The notes beneath the pieces are model-generated. The model ran no database searches and was not told the origin of the DNA. It was given only the letters and a program-made list of their open reading frames with translations. The position numbers and the translations under genes were made by a program. Shown here piece by piece: positions 6,593 to 15,000 of a DNA stretch of 64,000 nucleotides (within the stretch, counting starts at the first letter, position 1; every line of letters starts with the position of its first letter). Source of the stretch: a virus; IMG/VR virus record IMGVR_UViG_3300032770_000011, positions 1 to 64,000 of that record; one strand, written 5' to 3'.

Positions 6593-8420
6593 TTTCAACC
6601 GACTGACAATTGCCGATTTCCGCCGCTTCAGTTCCCCTGTTGAATTGGAACTCGGGGGTGCACCGGGCCTCATCTTCGTACGAGGACGTAACGACGTCGA
6701 GCCCAGATTGTCCCCTAATGGAGCCGGGAAGTCATCCCTATTTGCGGCCCTCTGCTGGTGCCTCTACGGACAGACCGCAGACGGACTTCGCAATCCCGAT
6801 GTGAAGCCTTGGGACACGACAAAGATTCCTACTGTCACCCTAGAAGTAACAATTGATAACAACCCCCACATCATCACCCGCCGCGCCGTTACCAACGGCT
6901 TGACCATCGACGAGGAGCCTAGTCATTCCGAAGCTGCCGCCGAATTGATTGAACTGCCCTTCGAAGTCTTCATCAATACGATCCTGCAAGCCCAGGGCCA
7001 GCCGCTCTTTCTGGATCGCACTCCAAAGGACAAGATGCAATTGTTCTCGGAGGTCCTGAACTTCGACCGCTGGGAAACCTACTCCGAGAAGGCGTCTGAC
7101 AAGGTCAAGGAGTTGACCACTTTAGAAGCCGAATTGAATGGCGAATTGACCGGGCTGGAGGCAGCGCGTCAGCAAGCCGAAGAGCTCCTGGCTTCGACCA
7201 AGAAGCATTCAGAGGAATGGGAAGCCGCCCGACTGGACCGTGTCAAGAAGCTGAAGGCAGAATTGAAAGAGAAGGAAGCCTTACTCACGCAGCAGTCAAA
7301 GAAACTGGCGGATGCTGACCTCACCTATGATAGCGCCGAGACCGAATTGAAGGCGCTACGTTCAGGCCTCCCTAAGCTGCAGCAAGCCTATACGAGTGCA
7401 GAAGCGGCGTTAGCGGTTGCCGAACAGGAACTGCGTACGAAGAATGCCGACCTGAAGAAGTTGACGCGGGAATTGGATGAACTCGGCGAAGCGGATACCT
7501 GCCCCACCTGTGGCCAGCCTATCAAGGGTACTGAGCTAGGTAAGCATAAACGTGAACTGGCCAAGAAGCTGAAGGAGCTCCAAACCGAAATAAAAGTGGG
7601 TGTACCGGAGAAGATTGAGGTTGATCACGAAGAAGCTGGGAAGGCATTGGACAAGGCGCAAGCGCATGTCGCCGCCTTTGAGCGCAAGGCAGAAGAAGCC
7701 CTGACGAACCTGAACTTCCTGAAGCCGCAGGTAGCTTCGCTCAAGACCGAAGTCTTCACCCTGAAGTCTGGTCGCGAAGCTGGTGAGGAAGAGCGCAACC
7801 CTTACGGTGAACAGGTACAGACGCTACGCCGTAAGGTGCAGCAGACCGAAACTGACTGCGCTTCCTTGAAGGAGGACCTCATCAAGCTAGCGCGGCGCAT
7901 CGAGCGCACGAAGTTTTGGGTCAAGGGCTTCAAGGATATGAAGCTTTATCTGATTGAGGAAGTTCTTCAAGAACTGGAATTGACGGCGAACTTACTCCTC
8001 ATCGAAGTAGGGCTGGAGGGTTGGGCAATTCACTTCGACGTCGAGAAAGAGACCAAATCTGGCACCATTCAACGTGGCTTGAATACTACGATACTCTCGC
8101 CCGCCAATAAGGAAGCCGTAAAGTGGGAGAGCTTCTCCGGGGGTGAAGGTCAAAGGCTACGTATCGTTGGCGCTTTGGCACTCTCCGAAGTACTGCTACG
8201 TTATGCCGGAGTGGATTGCAATTTAGAAGTTCTCGATGAACCGACTCGGCACCTTTCGTCAGGAGGGGTAGCGGAACTTTGCGCCTTCTTAGGAGACCGC
8301 GCTGCGTCCCTAGAGAAACGTATATTCCTGATTGACCATATCGCTCGCGAAGGATCCAACTTCTCGGAGGCGGTTACCGTCATCAAGAAAAAGACTGGGA
8401 CTGTGCTGGAGTATACGTAA
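6582..8420 (+). CDS. SbcC/Rad50-like ATPase
   Basis: NGAGKS Walker A, coiled coil with CPTCG hook, FSGGEGQRL signature, LDEP Walker B. Confidence 0.9.
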   Translation: MRLDFNRLTIADFRRFSSPVELELGGAPGLIFVRGRNDVEPRLSPNGAGKSSLFAALCWCLYGQTADGLRNPDVKPWDTTKIPTVTLEVTIDNNPHIITRRAVTNGLTIDEEPSHSEAAAELIELPFEVFINTILQAQGQPLFLDRTPKDKMQLFSEVLNFDRWETYSEKASDKVKELTTLEAELNGELTGLEAARQQAEELLASTKKHSEEWEAARLDRVKKLKAELKEKEALLTQQSKKLADADLTYDSAETELKALRSGLPKLQQAYTSAEAALAVAEQELRTKNADLKKLTRELDELGEADTCPTCGQPIKGTELGKHKRELAKKLKELQTEIKVGVPEKIEVDHEEAGKALDKAQAHVAAFERKAEEALTNLNFLKPQVASLKTEVFTLKSGREAGEEERNPYGEQVQTLRRKVQQTETDCASLKEDLIKLARRIERTKFWVKGFKDMKLYLIEEVLQELELTANLLLIEVGLEGWAIHFDVEKETKSGTIQRGLNTTILSPANKEAVKWESFSGGEGQRLRIVGALALSEVLLRYAGVDCNLEVLDEPTRHLSSGGVAELCAFLGDRAASLEKRIFLIDHIAREGSNFSEAVTVIKKKTGTVLEYT

Positions 8421-8765
8421 ATGGTATTCAATATTCTTCAGCAAGGAACTCGCTCCTGTCGTAAATGTGGAGCACGTCTGGGGCTTCTAGAGGGAAGTCT
8501 TCTTGATCCCATTTGTGATGAGTGCAAGCGTAAAGAACGCGAAGCCCAACGTGAAAAACAAAAAGACCCACGCAGCCCCTGAGGAGCGGCGTGGGCCAAG
8601 TTGTTGCAGCGGGAGGCGCGTGCATTTACCCCGCACGCTAGGGAAGGCTAGGCTCTCCAGAGTAGCGAAAGCGCCGCCAGCAGAACCACCGCCCCCAAAA
8701 GCAGCCCTAGAACGCGGCTGATGAAAGGCGGCGGTGGTACTGGGTTACTATAATCGGCAACCCAC

Positions 8766-9320
8766 TTAGTCATTGTAGGCTAGGCGACCTCCGTGCGGGT
8801 CAACAATCACGTATCCCGCAATTGACCGCACATGCTCACGGGTCAGGTGGTGACCCGAATTGCCGTCATGCACGAGCCAGTCCGATCCGCCAACGTGACT
8901 GATCAGTATCATGACGTGGTGGTTACGCGCTGCCGCCATACCCGGAGCCGGGTAAGCCCTGGGGAAGCGCCTGATCCAATTGTAAGCAAGATTCAAGTCC
9001 GGAATGATCCTCCCGAACACGTAGCGGGACGCCTCACAGCCACAGAAGGCATGAGGACACCCTGCCGGACGCCCGCCAATAACACTTTCTTCACTATAGG
9101 AAGCGTACTCCCTAGGAGTGTACTCCCTACGCTGGACAAATGCCTCTTTCGTAGTCCCCCGGCAACCCCGCAAGTCACATTCAATCTTGCCGGTAGGGGC
9201 GCTGTAGTGTGCAGAATGTCGATAGTGATGGTAGTGGTGCCTATGTCTTGCTTCCGCCGGATGGCTGAGAAGAACCGCGATGATAGAAGCGGCGAATGCC
9301 GCAGTGAATTTGAGCTTCAC
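8766..9320 (-). CDS. secreted Cys/His (CHAP/NlpC-like) putative peptidoglycan peptidase
   Basis: signal peptide; FCGC...LAYNW...PGMAAARNHHV...HDGNSG. Confidence 0.55.
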   Translation of the reverse strand: MKLKFTAAFAASIIAVLLSHPAEARHRHHYHHYRHSAHYSAPTGKIECDLRGCRGTTKEAFVQRREYTPREYASYSEESVIGGRPAGCPHAFCGCEASRYVFGRIIPDLNLAYNWIRRFPRAYPAPGMAAARNHHVMILISHVGGSDWLVHDGNSGHHLTREHVRSIAGYVIVDPHGGRLAYND

Positions 9321-9423
9321 TGTAGTATCTCCGTTGCTGTTTCAGGGTTAGGTTCGTTCTGAGCCCCCCTCCTAAAGGCGTGCTTTACTGATTACAAGAT
9401 AACAAAGTAAAACATACGCAAGA

Positions 9424-9921
9424 CTATTTCTTTTCGGATAGTCTCCATATCATATCCCACAACCGAATGACCTGCGCTGCATTGTGATCAATCTTGTCAT
9501 TGACTTCTTTCTTGAACTCTTCATGCTCACGTATCGAGACAAATTTATTGTCGGTTTCCTTCTCAAAGGCGTGGTGTTGACTATCGATTCTGGAAACTTC
9601 ACTCGCCGTCTTGTCAGCGTCGCGCTGCAGCGGCGAAATGAAGGCGAAGAACAATCCCCCAATCAAGGTGGCCGCCATGATGTAGGTCTGCCACTGCGGC
9701 TGGCTACGCTGGTCTATCTTGGAATTGATGGAAGCTACGGCGTCGTCAATCCTGTTGCCAAGACCAACAACTGCCGAACTCAGGTTCTTCAGGTCAGATT
9801 CAAAGGCGTCCTGCCTTGCTGCCAAAGCAGCAAGGGCCACCTCCCCGGCGTGGTTATTCATCATCCTTGGCATACTACTTCCCCTTAAGTTCGCCATCGA
9901 GTTTCTTCTGTCTTCGTTCAA
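9424..9921 (-). CDS. coiled-coil membrane protein (lysis region)
   Basis: central TM segment flanked by coiled coils. Confidence 0.6.
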   Translation of the reverse strand: MNEDRRNSMANLRGSSMPRMMNNHAGEVALAALAARQDAFESDLKNLSSAVVGLGNRIDDAVASINSKIDQRSQPQWQTYIMAATLIGGLFFAFISPLQRDADKTASEVSRIDSQHHAFEKETDNKFVSIREHEEFKKEVNDKIDHNAAQVIRLWDMIWRLSEKK

Positions 9922-10303
9922 TGGACTGTGTGAGCCGTTCGATGATCAACGGCGCTGTCGTACTGTCAGGATGCTTATGCAGCTCTTCTTGGGCGTCCTT
10001 CAATGCCTGTCGCTGGTCCTTCAGAATCAAGTAATTGATTGCGTAGTCGTGGTCAGTCTGTACTTTGATATAAGGCGCGGTATTGGTTTCCAGTAGTTCA
10101 CGAGTCCACCCATGCAGCGCAATCTTCCACGGGTCGGAAGTCGTGTTGATATAGTCCAGCCCTTTGATACCGCCCGGTACTGCCGCCAATAAAGCTAGCA
10201 CAGCCGTAGCCGACTTGATGGGGTTGCGCTTGATCAACGCCCAAAGTCGTGCACGTCTGGAGGAGAGTTTAGAGGCTGAACGACGCTTTGCGCGTTTTGC
10301 CAT
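9875..10303 (-). CDS. membrane protein (lysis region)
   Basis: basic N-terminus, one TM, helical C-terminus. Confidence 0.6.
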   Translation of the reverse strand: MAKRAKRRSASKLSSRRARLWALIKRNPIKSATAVLALLAAVPGGIKGLDYINTTSDPWKIALHGWTRELLETNTAPYIKVQTDHDYAINYLILKDQRQALKDAQEELHKHPDSTTAPLIIERLTQSIERRQKKLDGELKGK

Positions 10304-10314
10304 TTACCCAAATT

Positions 10315-10638
10315 TCAGGTTGGGCCGGAGCCTTGCTGTTCTAGGATATCAACAGCTGTCGGGGTTGCAGGCGGGGTGGTCTGCAGGAATGCTACAACGT
10401 CCCGCGCAGCGGGTAAGACTGTATTGATTTCAAGTAGCGCCTGGTTGATGACAGGCGTGGCCTGCGTGACTAGCGGCTGCGCTTCGGCGACGACCGCCAG
10501 AAGCTTCTGGATCAAGGCTTCGTTCTGTTTGTACAAATTGAGAAGGGCTGCCACGGCGGGCAGCGCCTTCTCCACTTCATCAATCGTGGCCTGCGGTACG
10601 CCACTCAACCGTAGCAGTGTTGTCTCGACCCCATTCAT
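10315..10638 (-). CDS. hypothetical helical protein
   Basis: ORF in tight operon with overlapping start/stop. Confidence 0.65.
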   Translation of the reverse strand: MNGVETTLLRLSGVPQATIDEVEKALPAVAALLNLYKQNEALIQKLLAVVAEAQPLVTQATPVINQALLEINTVLPAARDVVAFLQTTPPATPTAVDILEQQGSGPT

Positions 10639-10871
10639 GGCTTTACCGGAGCTTTCTTAGGTATGACGATGGGCTTGATGGGCGTGAACTTGGCGGTTCG
10701 CTTGGCCTTGCGTGCAGCAATATAGTTCCGCACTCCGGTGACGTCGGCTACGACTTTGTCTGTCGTCGAAAGGATCGTTCCGATAGCCCCAAGCGTTGGG
10801 GCTATCTCTTGAACGACGCCGCTGATGTGGACGACAGCAACGACCACTCCGGCGATGACGATGCCTGACAT
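10635..10871 (-). CDS. small membrane protein
   Basis: hydrophobic N-terminus, basic tail. Confidence 0.6.
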   Translation of the reverse strand: MSGIVIAGVVVAVVHISGVVQEIAPTLGAIGTILSTTDKVVADVTGVRNYIAARKAKRTAKFTPIKPIVIPKKAPVKP

Positions 10872-10877
10872 GGTGCG

Positions 10878-11372
10878 TTATGCCGTTGGGGTTGGCGCAG
10901 GCGCAGGCGGTGGGAGTGTCGCCTGAATAGCCGCCGCGAGGGATGCCGCACCGGCTGCCGCAACCTGCAGTGCCTTCGTAGCCTTGTAGCCGTCGGTCAA
11001 TGCCGTACTGGCATTATTTGACACAGCGTCGTTATTCAAGGCGGTATTGACACCTGCGACGGCATCATTCACGGCCTGAATACCCTTCGAAAGCTCTGGC
11101 GGGATTGCAATGCCAGCCGAACTGAGGGCATTCACGCTGCCCTGGACGGCAGAGACTGTCTGCGCAACCTGGCCAATATGTGTGCCAAGCCAGCTGAGGG
11201 AGTACTGCAGATCCTCGGCGGCAACTTCGATGCCAGCTTCGATATTCTGGCAGACGGCGATCACGTCGCCTTCGAACACTTGCCATTCCGCCTTGATGTT
11301 GGCGAAGAAGGCGTCGATCGCATTGGTCGTTGCAGGAGCAGCAGAAGCGGTGGCTTGAGTGGTGTCAGTCAT
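10878..11372 (-). CDS. hypothetical helical protein
   Basis: AAGGA RBS; Ala-rich. Confidence 0.65.
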   Translation of the reverse strand: MTDTTQATASAAPATTNAIDAFFANIKAEWQVFEGDVIAVCQNIEAGIEVAAEDLQYSLSWLGTHIGQVAQTVSAVQGSVNALSSAGIAIPPELSKGIQAVNDAVAGVNTALNNDAVSNNASTALTDGYKATKALQVAAAGAASLAAAIQATLPPPAPAPTPTA

Positions 11373-11384
11373 CGGTTATCCTTT

Positions 11385-11624
11385 TCAGGTTTTCGGACCA
11401 AGGGGGAATTGCGCTAGAGCTTGCGGCGTTGACGCCGAAGGGATCATGTGCAGCACCGCGTTGACCGCGTTGATGGCGCCGCCGAGAAATGCAGCCCACG
11501 CCGTGATGTGGTTCGCTGTAGCGGCATCAAACAGCGTAGTGAGTTGCGCCGTACTGATAGCGATGAAGGATAGCAGCGCCGCAATAACGCTGATCCAGAT
11601 GCCTACTTTTGGTGAGATTGTCAT
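11385..11624 (-). CDS. putative holin (2 TM)
   Basis: 79 aa, two hydrophobic segments, at the end of the late operon. Confidence 0.5.
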   Translation of the reverse strand: MTISPKVGIWISVIAALLSFIAISTAQLTTLFDAATANHITAWAAFLGGAINAVNAVLHMIPSASTPQALAQFPLGPKT

Positions 11625-11647
11625 TGTCTCGGTACTCCTTCGTTGCG

Positions 11648-11941
11648 TTACTTCTTCTTTTCCGGTTCCTTCTTGGGCACTTCGGCCTTCTTTGGTGGCT
11701 CCGACTTCTTAGCAGCGTCTGCCTTTTCCTTTGCCTCGGCTTGCGCCTTGACGATGGCTTGCTGCTCCCAGACATTCAATTGCTGGATGACCGGAGCGGA
11801 GAATTTGAAGGGCTGTTCGTTCAGCCACTTCATGAAGTCCTGGTGTTGCTGTTCGGTAATGGTGTAAGGAACGAAGGGCGAGGTTTGTTGAGCGAAGGCT
11901 ACGGACGGCAGCAACGCTAGCAGTAGGTACACTTTTCGCAC
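11648..11941 (-). CDS. small exported protein
   Basis: Sec-type signal MRKVYLLLALLPSVAFA; Lys-rich tail. Confidence 0.65.
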   Translation of the reverse strand: MRKVYLLLALLPSVAFAQQTSPFVPYTITEQQHQDFMKWLNEQPFKFSAPVIQQLNVWEQQAIVKAQAEAKEKADAAKKSEPPKKAEVPKKEPEKKK

Positions 11942-12037
11942 GGAGACGTCTCCTCATCAGGTTTCGGAATTAGAGAAGGCCAGTATAGCGCAAAAGTGAC
12001 GACTTCCCTAGTCTAGAAATTGACGAAGTTAAAACTT

Positions 12038-15000
12038 CTAGGTGCGGCGGCGGAAGTGCCTGCACCACCCACCCGGATCAATCGGCGACGAAACTAGAGT
12101 ACAAGCTGGACCGCCATGTTCTGCCGAGAGGAACATGACGCACACGGAGCAGTGCCGATTTGGGCGTTCTGAGTGGGCAACATAGCCAACAGTCTTGTGC
12201 GCCAGCTTCTTGCGTTCCGGAGCCTTGAAGGGAGCCTTCGTGTCACCGTCTTTTACCCAGTCCTTGAATTGCGCAAGAGTCATGGAGTGCACTGCGCCTA
12301 TGCGTGCTGCACCTTTGCCGTCACTGAAGGCTTTCTTATAGGTGTGAATGAACTGCGTCTTACTTCCCCAGCCAATTCCGATTTTATGTTCGTCGAATTT
12401 CTTCGTGTCTTTGTCGATCTGATCAATTATAAAGACATGCGGCGCTTTGGTGTGAGGACCCAAATAGACGTCGAGATGATCCTTATCTTTTCCGACCGTG
12501 CCTTTTAGATAACCGTACGCTGCCGGCATTACAACCGACCATTTGCGTCCATCTTTCCCAATTCCTTCGCGCTTCGAACCTTTGGCGTTTTCCACCGAGA
12601 TTTCGAAGCCGTGGCGGTGCACCGTATCTTTACTGTAATTTCCTGCCGACTTTTGCGCTTCCGTCGGGGCAGAATTTATATTCGCTGGATTTACCCGGCC
12701 TCCAGCCGCACGTTCTGGAAGGTACTCTGGCTGGCTGCCGTTCTGTTGATGGCTTATTGGCCGTGGAATTTTCTCATTGTAGGTCTCAGCTGCTACTTTT
12801 CCACCCCGCGCAAACAACGGCAATCCCTGCCGTAGAACCTGCTCCCGGAGTTGAGGAGTTATGCGAAGGACGGGGACTTTAAGAGGTGGAGGTTCAAACG
12901 CAATTGCCTTTGCCTTGGATTCAAAATACATAGGCTCTAGATCAGAGTCCGTTGGATACCGCCACCACATATTGTCTTCTTTTACAGGAGCATCGTACTT
13001 TGCTGGGTTGAGATCTTTCCACTCCACCTTCGCCCCGAACTTCTTGCCGATGGCATTGGCCTTATCGACGAGCATTTTGTCATAAAAACCACGCATTCCC
13101 TCGCCGCCGACCTTGAGATCATTGTCTTCCAGGAAGTGGAAGCCTTGTGCGCCTACTTTCGTAGGTTTGTTCACAATACGGTCAGCAGCATCCTTACCAA
13201 TATAATCGGCGAGTTTGTCAGGGGCGACGTTCGACTGCGTCAGTACCTTATTGTCGCCTTTGAAGGCACGCAGTTCCTGCGATTTGGGATCCCAGGTGAT
13301 TGTATCAACATGTTTACTCAAATCGTATCGCGCTGCCTGTTGCTCGCCCGGTGTCCATGAAATTGCGTCCTTGTTTTCGTGCACAGCCTTGGCGATGGCG
13401 CGCTTCAAGAGCAGATCTGGCCAGGTTTGTTTGAAGGGAGCATCGGGGATACCATGCGTTGCAGAAATAGAGTAGTCTCCTGTTTCTTCGCCAGGACGCC
13501 CCTCTTGATATCCATGCTTCCGGCCCTGCTGATGCCAGTCGCTCTGCAACTCTTCCAAATGCAAACTCTTTCCCACTCCAGGAATATCCCGGTCGTTCAT
13601 GCGCAAATGGGCAATGACATTGGGTTCGTCCCAGTGGGAAGAGTGGTAAACGTCAGGACGTTCTTGGTTCTGGTACCTTGCAAAGTAGTCTCTTAATTCT
13701 CCTCGATCTGGTAACTCGCCAAAGTCCTCCTTGTACTGTTTGCGAAGGTTATTCAATTCTGCAGGAGATAGTTGCTCAAAGTTGGACTTGCCTTTTGTGG
13801 GCTTAGTCAGCAGCAATTCCCGATAATTCTCGCCACCGGGGAGTTGGTAGTCGGAGTATTTCGTCCCGCCAGAAAGCAGCCGTAGGTTGTTGTCGGCTAC
13901 TTCTGTTGATAAATCATGCAGAACGTCTGGGTCTTTAGTTCTAAGGTCACGCAAAGCATTGTTTGCATTGAGGCGTGCTCCCTGCGCAGAGTTCCCAGTA
14001 GCGATGATGTTGCCTTGATTGTCAAAGGCAACATGTAAGCCATTTATTTCTTCAATGCGTGAAAGTTCTGGGGTAGCATCCTCCCAAACGTGCATGAGGC
14101 GGTCAGCTTCTTCGCCGAGGGCATCCTCATCTAGATTAGTCCCCTTCTTCTCTACCTCCTGCAGCCCTACGCCTTGCTCACGGGCATGTTGCAGCAATTG
14201 ATCCCTCGTCACCAGCCCCTGCGGCAGATTCTCCGGATTGTCCAGCCCCAGCCAGCCGAGTTCCTCCTTCTTGATGCCCGGTTGATTGCGCAGCCAATTG
14301 GCCCACTGCGACGCCTGCATCTTCTGTTGTGAGGCATTCGCAATCGTGTGTTCGACGGCAGAGTAGAGAGGTTCGTTGGTATGGGCTAATGCGGAGAGGG
14401 CAGCGCCGGGTTTGGAGGTGTCAGAGCGAAGCATTTCTGCGGCTAGCCCGCCACGACGTGCAATTTCTTGATATTCTGGTTCAACTAAATCGTGATCCAA
14501 CGCGTATTCAACAGCTTTTTCACGCGTAAGATAATGCCCCTTATGATTTACAAACCCAGCAGAACCCCAAGGAAGTGCGTTGGCTTCTTCATCGCTAAGT
14601 CCTAGCCTATCAATAATGGTCTCATGATCAGGGCCTTTATAAATTTTGCCCTCGTATTTTACAGCAGGAGTAAGTTTCCCGCCCGTCATACCCAACGCAC
14701 CTTCCTCCGCTGCGGGCATTCCCGCGCCGCCCGCTAGCGCAGCCATGTCCTGCGCCCGCTGAATGACCTCCTCCGAAGTATGGCCTGTTACCGGATCAAT
14801 GATAGGAGTCTGCCCAGACATGACATCGCCTGCCAAAGTAGTACCTGAGCGTACTAGCCGTTCTGGCCATAACTGATAGCGCGGTCCATTCACGCCAAAC
14901 AGCTTCTGCAGGATTGTCTGCGGGCCGGTGGGGTTCGAAGGGGTTGACTCCAGTGGCGGTGGTCCACCTTCGGCTCCGGTCAGGATAGGAGCGGGGCTAG

